Source: Synechococcus sp. (GTDB lineage Bacteria > Cyanobacteriota > Cyanobacteriia > PCC-6307 > Cyanobiaceae). From it: a stretch of DNA of 64,000 nt. The position numbers and the translations under genes were made by a program. The DNA is taken from NCBI GenBank assembly GCA_047284725.1, contig JBJBEO010000001.1, positions 2,517,550-2,581,549 on the forward strand, in the 5' to 3' direction. Shown here in pieces: positions 48,938 through 57,695 of the stretch (the first letter of the stretch is position 1; each line of letters begins with the position of its first letter). The notes under the pieces are model-generated. The model was not told the DNA's origin and made no database searches. It saw nothing but the letters and a program-made list of their open reading frames with translations.

Positions 48938-50406
48938 GGCACAGCCTCCCGGTTGCGCTCTGCCACCACCTGTTGCTCATCCACGATCCAGGTGTCTTTG
49001 CAGCCACCCCCCTGGGAGGAGTTCACCACCAGTGATCCCCGTTTGAGCGCCACCCGGGTGAGGCCTCCCGGACTGACCCAACTGTTGCGACCCCGCAGCA
49101 CATAGGGCCGCAGATCCACATGGCAGGGATACAGCTCACCGTCGCTCAGGGAGGGAACGGTGGAGAGTTGCAGGGTGGGTTGCGCGATGAAGTTGCGCGG
49201 GTTGGCTCGGATCTGTGCGTCGAAATGGGCGATTTCAGAGCGGCTGGCCTGGGGGCCGATCAGCATCCCGTAGCCGCCGGCTTCGGCAACGGATTTCACC
49301 ACCAGGTGTTCGAGGTTGGCCAAGACGAACGTGCGGTCGCGTTCCCGTGAGCACAGATAGGTGGGGACGTTCTCGATGATCGGCTCTTCGTTGAGGTAGT
49401 AGCGGATCATGGCCGGCACATGGGCATAGATCAGCTTGTCGTCGGCAACCCCGGTGCCCGGTGCATTGGCGATGGCGATGCGACCCTGGCGCATCACGTC
49501 GATCAGACCAGCCACCCCAAGCATCGAATCACCACGGAACACCGTCGGGTCGAGGAAGTCGTCATCGATGCGCCGATAGATCACATCCACGCCTTGGAGG
49601 CCATTGGTGGTGCGCATCCAGACCCGGCCGTTGTCGCAGATCAGATCGCGCCCCTCCACCAGGGGAATGCCCATCTGTTGGGCCAGGTAGCTGTGTTCGA
49701 AATAGGCGCTGTTGTACACGCCTGGTGTCAGCAGGACCACCCGTGGGGCATCACTCCAGGGAGCCATGTCCTGCAGGGTGCGCAGCAGGTGGCAGGGGTA
49801 GGCATCGATCGGTTGCACCGTGCGACCTTCGAACAGGCTTGGGAACAACCGCTTCATCACCTGGCGGTTTTCCAGGAAATAGGCAACACCAGAAGGGCAA
49901 CGCAGGTTGTCCTCCAGCACACGCCAGGTGCCTTCGCCATCGCGGATCAGGTCGAGTCCGGAGATTTGGCACCAGCGGTTGAGGGGGACCTGCACGCCCT
50001 GCATCTCAGGCCGCCAGCCTGAGGAGCTCTCCACGTCTTCCCTGGGAATGACTCCATCCCGCAGGATCTGTTGTCCGCTGTAAACGTCGACCAGAAAACA
50101 ATCGATTGCTTCCAACCGTTGCAGCAGTCCGCGTTCCAGTCGCTCCCATTCCTGGCTGCCGATCAGCCGGGGCAGGGGATCGAACGGCAGGATCCGTTCG
50201 CCACTGTGCAGATCACCGCCATTGAGGCGAAAGGTGGCGCCCAGACGCTTGAGTAAATGGCTGGCTGCAGCGTGGTTGCGGTTCAGTTCGATGATCCCCA
50301 TCTGGCCCAGGGATGAGAGCAGCGGCTGCAACGATGGCCTCGGAGCAGCGTTGTCTTGGCAGAAATATTCGTCGTAGCCGGCCGTGGGCCTGTAGTTGGA
50401 AAACAT
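48931..50406 (-). CDS. Circularly permuted type 2 ATP-grasp protein
   Basis: VLEDNLRCPSGVAY, NSAYFEH, YRRIDDDFLDP, VADDK, VDLRP and VVNSSQGGG.KDTW. Confidence 0.93.
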   Translation of the reverse strand: MFSNYRPTAGYDEYFCQDNAAPRPSLQPLLSSLGQMGIIELNRNHAAASHLLKRLGATFRLNGGDLHSGERILPFDPLPRLIGSQEWERLERGLLQRLEAIDCFLVDVYSGQQILRDGVIPREDVESSSGWRPEMQGVQVPLNRWCQISGLDLIRDGEGTWRVLEDNLRCPSGVAYFLENRQVMKRLFPSLFEGRTVQPIDAYPCHLLRTLQDMAPWSDAPRVVLLTPGVYNSAYFEHSYLAQQMGIPLVEGRDLICDNGRVWMRTTNGLQGVDVIYRRIDDDFLDPTVFRGDSMLGVAGLIDVMRQGRIAIANAPGTGVADDKLIYAHVPAMIRYYLNEEPIIENVPTYLCSRERDRTFVLANLEHLVVKSVAEAGGYGMLIGPQASRSEIAHFDAQIRANPRNFIAQPTLQLSTVPSLSDGELYPCHVDLRPYVLRGRNSWVSPGGLTRVALKRGSLVVNSSQGGGCKDTWIVDEQQVVAERNREAVPC

Positions 50407-50457
50407 CCTTTGTTCTGATGCCCGATGCATCCAATCGGTCGGATGAACCCACTCCTG

Positions 50458-50531
50458 GTTTCAGTTGCTACACATTCCGCAATTTCGCTCACATCGCAGT
50501 GCATCACTGCTGTTTTGGTATCTGTAGACAC
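50458..50531. promoter_or_regulatory. Two NtcA-like boxes in the ATP-grasp/symporter divergent promoter
   Basis: GTT-TCAGTTGC-TAC (50458-50471) and GTA-TCTGTAGA-CAC (50518-50531). Confidence 0.6.
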
Positions 50532-50617
50532 CGCTTGTATCGGTGAGTGCTTGGGGGTTCGGCCCGCATTTGCTTAGGTGTCTGCAAGTCACTGAGGCAG
50601 GTTCAGTGAGTGAACTG

Positions 50618-50731
50618 ATGTGGGCGCGCTTGATCTTTGCCATGGGGGCAGTGGTCACAGGGGCAACCGTGGCGATGATCGTGCGCGGTCATCTGTACTG
50701 GCAGCACCGGGATTCAAGCCATGTCCGCTAG
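50618..50731 (+). CDS. Candidate 37-aa single-TM micro-protein overlapping the symporter start
   Basis: MWARLIFAMGAVVTGATVAMIVRGHLYWQHRDSSHVR; alternative GTG at 50606. Confidence 0.5.
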   Translation: MWARLIFAMGAVVTGATVAMIVRGHLYWQHRDSSHVR

Positions 50732-52151
50732 CGCTGCACCGTTTCTCCAGCCTGGTGTCGCCTGGGCCCTGGTGGTGGTGTTCGCCGTGCTCTGGATCGC
50801 ATTGGGGATCGCCTGGGGCCGTCGGGGCAAAGGCGATGCCGATGACTACATGCTGGCTGGTCGCAACATCGGTTTAGCCCTCAGCACCGCCACCTTGATG
50901 GCCTCCTGGGTGACCGGGAACACCACCCTTCTGGCGCCTGAATTCGGGTACAAAACCGGTCTCTGGGGCATGTTCAGCTATGCCCTGGCAGGTTTGGGGC
51001 TGATCCTGTTTGCGCCTTTGGCGCTGCGGATCAAGCAACTGATGCCCTTTGGCCGCACCAGCGGCGATTTCATTCGCCTTCGCTACGGCCGGCTGGCCTG
51101 GTCGGTGTTCATGCTGATCACGGCGGTTTACACCCTGGGTTTCCTGATGACTCAGGCCATGGGCGCAGGCTTGTTGCTCCAAGCGTTGTCGGGGTTTGAC
51201 TACCACGTGGGAATGGTGGTTGTGCTTGGTGTGGCAACCCTTTACACCTTGTTCGGCGGGATGCGGGCTGTGATCGGCACCGACTTCATCCAATCCCTGT
51301 TGATCATGGTGCTCCTGGCCGTGGTGGCGGTGCTGGCGTTTCAGCAGTTCCCGATGCCCGAGGTCCATGCCGCCTTGAGCCGCGAGCATCCCGATCGCCT
51401 CGACCTGTTGCTGCCTGCGGGGCTCCTGATCGCCTGGAACTCAGCTCTGTTCTCGATGGGCGAGGTGTTTCACAACAACATCTGGTGGTCGCGCGTGTTT
51501 GCGTCCCGTCGTTCGGTGGTGATGGCGTCATTCGTGCTGGGTGGTCTGGCCTGGATGAGCGTGCCGATGGTGACGGGCTCCATCGGGCTGGTCGCATTGG
51601 CCCGGAATCTGCAGCTGGATCAGGTCAACATGGTGTTTCCGGTGATGGCGGCGGATCTGCTTGGTGCCGGTGGGGCCGCACTGGTGTTTGTCGTGGTGTT
51701 CGCCTCGTTGACCTCCACCTTGGACTCCCTGCTCGCGTCCACCGCTGATCTGCTCGCGGAGGATGTCTACTTCCGCTTGTTGCGCCCCCAGGCCAGCGAT
51801 GCCCAGCTCAAGCAGGCAGCGAGGCTGCTGGTGGTGGGCCTGGCTGTGGTGACCTTGGCGCTCTCCTGGCCGCGGCTGGATTCCCTCGCTTCCGTGTTGT
51901 TCTTCACCGGTGCGCTCGTGGCATCCACCGTGTGGCCTGTGGCGTGTGGGCTGTATTGGCGCACGGCCAACCGTCGAGCAGCGATTGTCGCGATGCTCAG
52001 CGGTAGTGCCGTGGGGTTGACGGCCTATGGGCTGATCGCTCCGTACTGCGCGGCGGTGTTTTCGGCTGCGGTATCGGCGCTGGTGATGGTGGTGGGTAGC
52101 CAGTGCTGGCCTGAACGGTTTGATTTCGTTTTATTGAAGGAGGAGGCATGA
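50721..52151 (+). CDS. Sodium:solute symporter, DUR3/urea-transporter-like
   Basis: DYMLAGRNIG, MASWVTGNT, YTLFGGMRAVIGTDFIQ and ASLTSTLDS; about 13 TM. Confidence 0.9.
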   Translation: MSASAAPFLQPGVAWALVVVFAVLWIALGIAWGRRGKGDADDYMLAGRNIGLALSTATLMASWVTGNTTLLAPEFGYKTGLWGMFSYALAGLGLILFAPLALRIKQLMPFGRTSGDFIRLRYGRLAWSVFMLITAVYTLGFLMTQAMGAGLLLQALSGFDYHVGMVVVLGVATLYTLFGGMRAVIGTDFIQSLLIMVLLAVVAVLAFQQFPMPEVHAALSREHPDRLDLLLPAGLLIAWNSALFSMGEVFHNNIWWSRVFASRRSVVMASFVLGGLAWMSVPMVTGSIGLVALARNLQLDQVNMVFPVMAADLLGAGGAALVFVVVFASLTSTLDSLLASTADLLAEDVYFRLLRPQASDAQLKQAARLLVVGLAVVTLALSWPRLDSLASVLFFTGALVASTVWPVACGLYWRTANRRAAIVAMLSGSAVGLTAYGLIAPYCAAVFSAAVSALVMVVGSQCWPERFDFVLLKEEA

Positions 52152-52297
52152 ACGTTGTGATGCCGATGCTGGCGACCTTGATCGATGCCACCTGGTTCAC
52201 GATCGTGCTTGCGGGCAGTCAAGTGGCGTTGGTGGCATCCGTGGTGGTGTTGCTGGTGATCTGGTGGGTGGAGTGGCGTAAGGGCCGGGTGTGGTGA
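52148..52297 (+). CDS. 49-aa single-TM micro-protein coupled to the symporter (not in the ORF track)
   Basis: AGGAGGAGG RBS and ATGA overlap; MNVVMPMLATLIDATWFTIVLAGSQVALVASVVVLLVIWWVEWRKGRVW. Confidence 0.75.
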   Translation: MNVVMPMLATLIDATWFTIVLAGSQVALVASVVVLLVIWWVEWRKGRVW

Positions 52298-52320
52298 AGC
52301 AGGCACGCCGGGACTATTCA

Positions 52321-52334
52321 GTAGCAGTTGTTAC
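52321..52334. promoter_or_regulatory. NtcA box upstream of the carbamoyltransferase operon
   Basis: GTA-GCAGTTGT-TAC, perfect match; weaker GCA-CTCGTTGC-TAC at 52384-52397. Confidence 0.75.
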
Positions 52335-52467
52335 GAGATTGGCCGTTCACTTCGAAGAAAGCGGCGTTTTTCTGGCCTGATGGGCACTCGTTGCTACAGG
52401 GTGAAACAAGCCTCCGGTTGCTTATGCGGTTTTTCGGAGTGTCGGTACGCAAGCCTGGAGGTCTGTT

Positions 52468-53580
52468 TTGGTAACTCAGCCGGCCGTCCTCGACTTGGAT
52501 GACGAGCAATTGCGTTTTGCTCCACTAGGCCCTGACGTGTACGGCAGAACGCATCCGCAGACCCTGCTGACCACGATTGAGGAAGACGCGGAACCGCTGT
52601 TGGATCTGGTCGGCCAGCACGTGGTCTCGATTCAGACGTTTCGACCGCAAACGCTGTTGCAGTTGTTTCGATTGGCGGCGAAGTACGAAAGCAACCCAGG
52701 GCGTTACATCACCCATAGCGTTCCGCTGCGGGGCAAGATCCTGATCAATGCGTTCTACGAGCCCAGCACGCGCACGCGTCTGTCCTTCGATAGTGCCTGG
52801 CATCGGCTCGGTGGCAGCTCGATCAACATCACAGACCGTGCCACCACAGGCATTGCGAAGGGCGAGTCGCTAGAAGATATCGCCCATATGTTCAACAACT
52901 ACGGCGATTGCGTCGTGCTGCGTGACGGCGATGCCGATGCTGTGTATGCGATGTCGCAGACGTTGCGGATTCCGATCATCAACGCCGGCAATGGCATCGA
53001 TGAACATCCCACCCAGGCGATGGCGGATCTGTTCACGATCCTGAAGTGGCGCCCAGCTCTCGTGGAGCAGCAGGTGGCTCCGGAGCAACGGATTCGCATC
53101 GGTGTGATCGGAGTGCCAGCTCGGATGCGCACGGTGCGATCACTGCTGCGGATTCTGGCCAAGTTTCCGCAGATGGTGGAGGAAGTGGTGGTGATCCACG
53201 CCTCGGAAGCCAATCCTGAAGAGTCGTTATTTGATCCCGGTCAGCGTGAGGAGTTGCGTGAGGCGGGCTTGAAGTTGCGCATCAGCACCGATCTGCTGGC
53301 GGAACTTCCCGATCTCGACGTCACCTACATCAATGCCATCGCCTGGGTGGGTGACAGCTTTGAAGTGCATGGTGACCAGTTCAGGCTCACCAAGGATCTT
53401 CCCTACAAACCAGGATCGATTGTTCTGCATCCGCTGGCGCGGGGGGCGGAGTTGAGCACCTGCATGGATGACACCCCCCAGAACTGGTATTTCAGTCAGG
53501 CCCGGGGTGCGGTGTTTCTGCGAATGGCCCTGCTCACTTGCATGGTGGATCGGGCCGAACGGGTCATGGATGTCGTCTGA
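52468..53580 (+). CDS. Aspartate carbamoyltransferase-like paralogue with divergent substrate site
   Basis: FYEPSTRTRLSF, AKGES, NAGNG..EHPTQ, RTVRS and HPLAR; TRVQKER-type loop absent. Confidence 0.85.
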   Translation: MVTQPAVLDLDDEQLRFAPLGPDVYGRTHPQTLLTTIEEDAEPLLDLVGQHVVSIQTFRPQTLLQLFRLAAKYESNPGRYITHSVPLRGKILINAFYEPSTRTRLSFDSAWHRLGGSSINITDRATTGIAKGESLEDIAHMFNNYGDCVVLRDGDADAVYAMSQTLRIPIINAGNGIDEHPTQAMADLFTILKWRPALVEQQVAPEQRIRIGVIGVPARMRTVRSLLRILAKFPQMVEEVVVIHASEANPEESLFDPGQREELREAGLKLRISTDLLAELPDLDVTYINAIAWVGDSFEVHGDQFRLTKDLPYKPGSIVLHPLARGAELSTCMDDTPQNWYFSQARGAVFLRMALLTCMVDRAERVMDVV

Positions 53581-53589
53581 GTCGGGCTT

Positions 53590-55614
53590 ATGTGTGGAAT
53601 CGGTGGCGTCTTCAATGCTGACCAGCAACAGGCGGTTGACCCGCAGCTGCTGGTCAACATGGCGGCGATTCAGTCCCATCGCGGCCCGGATGGGTTCGGG
53701 GTCGAAACCCTTGATGAGGCGGGCGTGGGTTTCTGTCATGCGCGCCTCTCAATCATCGATCTGAACGAGTCGCGAGCCCGTCAGCCCTTCCTCACCGATG
53801 ACGGTCAGGTGCTGATGGCCCATAACGGTGAGTTTTACGACTTTCAGCGCATTCGCGCCGACCTCACGGCCCAGGGGGTGCGGTTCAGTTCCAAAAGTGA
53901 TTCAGAGATTCTGTTGCGTCTCTATCAGCGCCAGGGGCTTGAGGCGACCCTGCCGCTGCTGCGCGGGGAATTTGCTTTTGCCCTGTTTGATCGAGCCCAG
54001 GACTGCTTGTATCTCGTGCGCGATCGCTTCGGCATCAAGCCCCAGTACTGGGCGATGACGCCCCAGGGCCTGGTGTTTGGCTCTGAGCTCAAGGTGCTGT
54101 TTGCCCATCCGGCAGTGGAACGACGTTTCACCTCGGAGGGCCTTTTTCATCAGTTGATGCAAACGATGGTCCCCGGCACAACCGCGTTTGCTGGGGTCCA
54201 TCAGGTGAAGCCCGGGCATGTGCTCAAGGTGCAGCGGACGGATGGCCGGCTTGAGGTGTCCGAGTGGACCTACTGGGATGTGAATTTCCCGCGAAAACAC
54301 GAGCGGGATCGCAGCCTCACGGAGGCCGATCACATCACGGCTGTACGGGCTGCCCTCCTGGAGGCGGTTGAGTTGCGGATGGTGGCGGATGTGCCGGTGG
54401 GGTGTTACCTCTCCGGTGGCATCGACAGTTGTTCAATCCTTGGTTTGGCGTCTGCGGTGAGTCAGTCGCCGGTGAAGGCCTTCACCATCGGTTTCGATGA
54501 TGCCCGCTACGACGAATCGCCGATCGCCCGGGAGATGGCCGATGCCACCGGAGCTGAGCAGGATCTGATGCGCCTTTCAGGGCGTGAGTTGTATGGACAC
54601 ATGGAGCGCACGCTCTGGCATGCCGAACGGACGATCTACAACACGCTGGCGGTGGCGAAATTTCTGATGAGCCGCCATGTCAACAGCGTTGACTACAAGG
54701 TGGTGATGACCGGTGAAGGCTCTGACGAGCTGTTTGGTGGTTATCCCGCTTTCCGGCGCGACATGTTCCTGCACGGTTTGGATGACCTCCCCGAAGGGGA
54801 ACGCCAGGCCTGGGAAACCCTGCTGCAGCAATCGAACTCCCTGGTGCAGGGCGCGATGCTGGCCGCCGATCAGGTGGATGACCCCGACCTCGATGCCGTG
54901 GTGGGGTTCACCCCCAGTTGTTTGCAGCCCTGGCTGGCATGTGCTCCATTGGTGCCCGCCTTGCTGGCCGATGAACATCGCCAGGCGCTCGTTGGCTATT
55001 CCCCCGGTCAGGCGATCGCGGCTCAGCTGGACCCTGATCAGCTCGATGGTCGCCACGCTTTGGATAAGGCGCAATACGTCTGGATCAAGACGATGTTGGA
55101 AGGCCAGATCCTCACCTGGGGTGGGGACAGGGTTGACATGGCCAACTCCATGGAGGCGCGGCCCGCATTCCTCGATCACCATCTCGCAGCAGCGGCGGTT
55201 CAGGTGCCGCCGGAGTTGCGGATCAAGGGAAAAACGGAGAAGTACGTCCTGCGTGAGGCCATGGCCGGGCTTCTCCCTGAGGTGCTCTACAAGCGTGAGA
55301 AATTTGCCTTCATGGCGCCTCCGGCCCACACCGAACCGGAGAAGTGGGCTCAGATGAAGCAGTTGGCGGATGACTACCTCAGCCACCAGGCGATCGATGA
55401 CGCCGGCTTGCTCAGCAAGGAGGGAGTGGGTGCCCTGTTTGCGCGTCACGATGATCCAGCCACCACCGACGCTGATCGTGTGCAGATGGACGCCGTGATC
55501 AACCACCTGCTCGGCGTTCAGATGCTGCATCGCATGTTCGTGGCCGCGGATGTGCCGGCGCAGGCCCAGGCGGAAGCCGAGCGTCTCGGCTGGCGGGTGC
55601 CCGTGACGGCCTGA
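53590..55614 (+). CDS. AsnB-family glutamine-dependent amidotransferase
   Basis: MCGI Ntn nucleophile, HRGPD, HNGEFY, RDRFGIKP, LSGGIDS, GEGSDELFGGY and EARPAFLD. Confidence 0.92.
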   Translation: MCGIGGVFNADQQQAVDPQLLVNMAAIQSHRGPDGFGVETLDEAGVGFCHARLSIIDLNESRARQPFLTDDGQVLMAHNGEFYDFQRIRADLTAQGVRFSSKSDSEILLRLYQRQGLEATLPLLRGEFAFALFDRAQDCLYLVRDRFGIKPQYWAMTPQGLVFGSELKVLFAHPAVERRFTSEGLFHQLMQTMVPGTTAFAGVHQVKPGHVLKVQRTDGRLEVSEWTYWDVNFPRKHERDRSLTEADHITAVRAALLEAVELRMVADVPVGCYLSGGIDSCSILGLASAVSQSPVKAFTIGFDDARYDESPIAREMADATGAEQDLMRLSGRELYGHMERTLWHAERTIYNTLAVAKFLMSRHVNSVDYKVVMTGEGSDELFGGYPAFRRDMFLHGLDDLPEGERQAWETLLQQSNSLVQGAMLAADQVDDPDLDAVVGFTPSCLQPWLACAPLVPALLADEHRQALVGYSPGQAIAAQLDPDQLDGRHALDKAQYVWIKTMLEGQILTWGGDRVDMANSMEARPAFLDHHLAAAAVQVPPELRIKGKTEKYVLREAMAGLLPEVLYKREKFAFMAPPAHTEPEKWAQMKQLADDYLSHQAIDDAGLLSKEGVGALFARHDDPATTDADRVQMDAVINHLLGVQMLHRMFVAADVPAQAQAEAERLGWRVPVTA

Positions 55615-55676
55615 ATTCTTTGATCAGGTTGAAACCGTTGCATTGACGACAGGCGTTTCTTCTGGCTCCAGCGAGA

Positions 55677-56999
55677 GTGAATTTCCCTTTGAAGGAAAGG
55701 TCACGACCCTTGCCTCAGTTGCTGTCCAGCCGTCATCAGGTTTCTGTTCCAGCCGATCAGATTGGCTGCTTGGCCACGGCCCCTGATCGTGGTCGTTTGA
55801 TCGGAACCCTTGATCGCATGGCCTCCATCGGCCGTCAGGCCGACGGAGCGGTTTGTCGCCGCGGGTTCAGCGCCGCCGATGTGGAAGGCCGCGAGCAGGT
55901 GGCCCTGTGGATGCGTGAAGCCGGGATGGAGGTGCGGGTGGATCCCGCTGGCAACTTGATCGGTCGATTGGAGGGTCTTCAGCCGCACTTGCCTTCGCTG
56001 GTGACCGGCTCCCATCTCGACACCGTGCCGACGGGTGGTCGTTTCGATGGCGTGTTGGGAGTGCTGGCCGGCCTTGAGGCGGTGCGCTCTCTTGGTGATC
56101 AGAACCTGCGACTGCGTCACCCCCTTGAAGTGATCGCTTTCGCTGATGAAGAGTCGACGATGGTGGGTTGCAAAGGGATGGCCGGCACCGCGTCAGCCGA
56201 TCCTCAGGCCTATGCCACCAGTAATGGGGAGCCCATTGCTGTGAATCTCGAGCGCATCGGGGGCCACTGGCCTTCCCTGGCATCGGCTGCCCGCAGGGAT
56301 CGGGCCATGGCCGCTTTCCTTGAGCTGCATGTGGAACAGGGTGCTGTGCTGGAGCACCGCGGTGACGTTATTGGCGTCGTGCAGGGGATTGTTGGTCAGC
56401 GGCGGTTCAGTATCCATGTGAACGGACAGGCCAATCACGCTGGAACCACTCCCATGGCGATGCGTCAGGACGCTCTGGCCACGGCTGCCCAGGTGGTCTT
56501 GGCGGTGCAGGCGATGGCCGCTGATCATCCCGGCGATCCTGTGGCCACGGTCGGCAAGCTCGATGTCTGGCCCAATGCCGCCAACGTTGTTCCCGGTTCT
56601 GTGACCCTCACCGTGGATCTACGCGATCTTGATCCAGCTGTGTTGGATGAACTTGTCACCACCCTGATGGAGCGCCTCGAAGGGATTGGTGAAGCGTCTG
56701 GCTGCACCATCGAGCTCGAACCCCAGTTTTCGGTTGACCCCACGCCCGCCGATTCCAGGGTTATCGAGACCCTTGAGCAGGTGGCTCAGGATCTTGGTTT
56801 CAGCAACAGCAGGCTTCCCAGCCGTGCCAGCCATGACGCCCAAGAGCTGGGCCGACGCTGGCCGATGGGGATGATTTTCGTTCCCAGTCGGGGTGGCCTG
56901 AGTCATTCGGCCGCTGAATACACCAGCGATGAGCAGTGCTGGGCAGGCACGGCCGTGCTTCTGGAAGCCCTCCTGAGGCTGGATCGTGGGTTGGGATGA
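55677..56999 (+). CDS. M20 Zn hydrolase, N-carbamoyl-L-amino acid/allantoate amidohydrolase family; start uncertain
   Basis: GSHLDTV..GG.FDG.LG, DEE, ELHVEQG, NHAGTTPM, SHDA and GLSH. Confidence 0.9.
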   Translation: MNFPLKERSRPLPQLLSSRHQVSVPADQIGCLATAPDRGRLIGTLDRMASIGRQADGAVCRRGFSAADVEGREQVALWMREAGMEVRVDPAGNLIGRLEGLQPHLPSLVTGSHLDTVPTGGRFDGVLGVLAGLEAVRSLGDQNLRLRHPLEVIAFADEESTMVGCKGMAGTASADPQAYATSNGEPIAVNLERIGGHWPSLASAARRDRAMAAFLELHVEQGAVLEHRGDVIGVVQGIVGQRRFSIHVNGQANHAGTTPMAMRQDALATAAQVVLAVQAMAADHPGDPVATVGKLDVWPNAANVVPGSVTLTVDLRDLDPAVLDELVTTLMERLEGIGEASGCTIELEPQFSVDPTPADSRVIETLEQVAQDLGFSNSRLPSRASHDAQELGRRWPMGMIFVPSRGGLSHSAAEYTSDEQCWAGTAVLLEALLRLDRGLG

Positions 57000-57670
57000 C
57001 CTTCTCGATCGTTGCCAGAGACCCGAGTAACGGCCGATTCGGTGTGGCAGTCGCCACCTGCCACCTCGCAGTTGGCTCAACGGTCCCCCATATTCGTTCT
57101 GGGGTCGGTGCCGTGGCGACGCAAGCCCACACCAATCCTTATCTGGGCATCTGTGGCCTCGAGCGTCTTGAACAGCGTGCGGATGCGGAGGTCGTGCTTC
57201 AGAGTCTTCTGGCTGACGATCCCCACCGCGACCGCCGGCAGTTTCATTTGATTGATCTCCAGGGACGCACGGCCTGTTGGACCGGCACCGATTGTGGTGG
57301 CTGGGCTGGTCATCGCCATCATCAAAACGTATCCGTGGCGGGCAATTATCTGGTTGGCGAACAGGTTTTGACGGTCATGGAGCAGGCCTTTTTTGACAGT
57401 GACGCCACCTGGAAACTGGGGCGGCGTTTGATGCATGCCCTTCAGGCAGGAGAAGCCGCTGGCGGTGATCAGCGCTTGCCGAGCGCAACATCGGCCGCTC
57501 TCCAGATCAGTGGCGAAGCGGCATTCCCTTTGCTCGATTTACGCGTTGATTTTCGTGATGCTGCCGTGGCCGAACTGATGCAGGTCTATGAGCGCAGTCA
57601 GGATCTCTGGGCCCAGCAATGGCGCGATCAGTTATCGGAAGCGCCGGTGCTGAATCGGCTCGTGGCCTAA
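56996..57670 (+). CDS. DUF1028 family Ntn-hydrolase-like protein
   Basis: MTFSIVARD, GAVATQA, AGN.L, AGGD.R, SAAL and DLRVD; ATGA overlap. Confidence 0.88.
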   Translation: MTFSIVARDPSNGRFGVAVATCHLAVGSTVPHIRSGVGAVATQAHTNPYLGICGLERLEQRADAEVVLQSLLADDPHRDRRQFHLIDLQGRTACWTGTDCGGWAGHRHHQNVSVAGNYLVGEQVLTVMEQAFFDSDATWKLGRRLMHALQAGEAAGGDQRLPSATSAALQISGEAAFPLLDLRVDFRDAAVAELMQVYERSQDLWAQQWRDQLSEAPVLNRLVA

Positions 57671-57695
57671 GACTTCAACGGATGCCAGGTTCATG

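Noticed and set aside
50430..50720. Known guanidine or glutamine riboswitch before the DUR3-like symporter
   Set aside because: I could not find the consensus motifs; kept only as an unclassified structure candidate.
53590..55614. AsnB-like gene as a lasso-peptide cyclase with the micro-ORFs as precursors
   Set aside because: It has a complete glutaminase domain (MCGI). The micro-ORFs are TM helices without leader/core features, and the transglutaminase is the DUF403-linked type rather than a lasso B protein.
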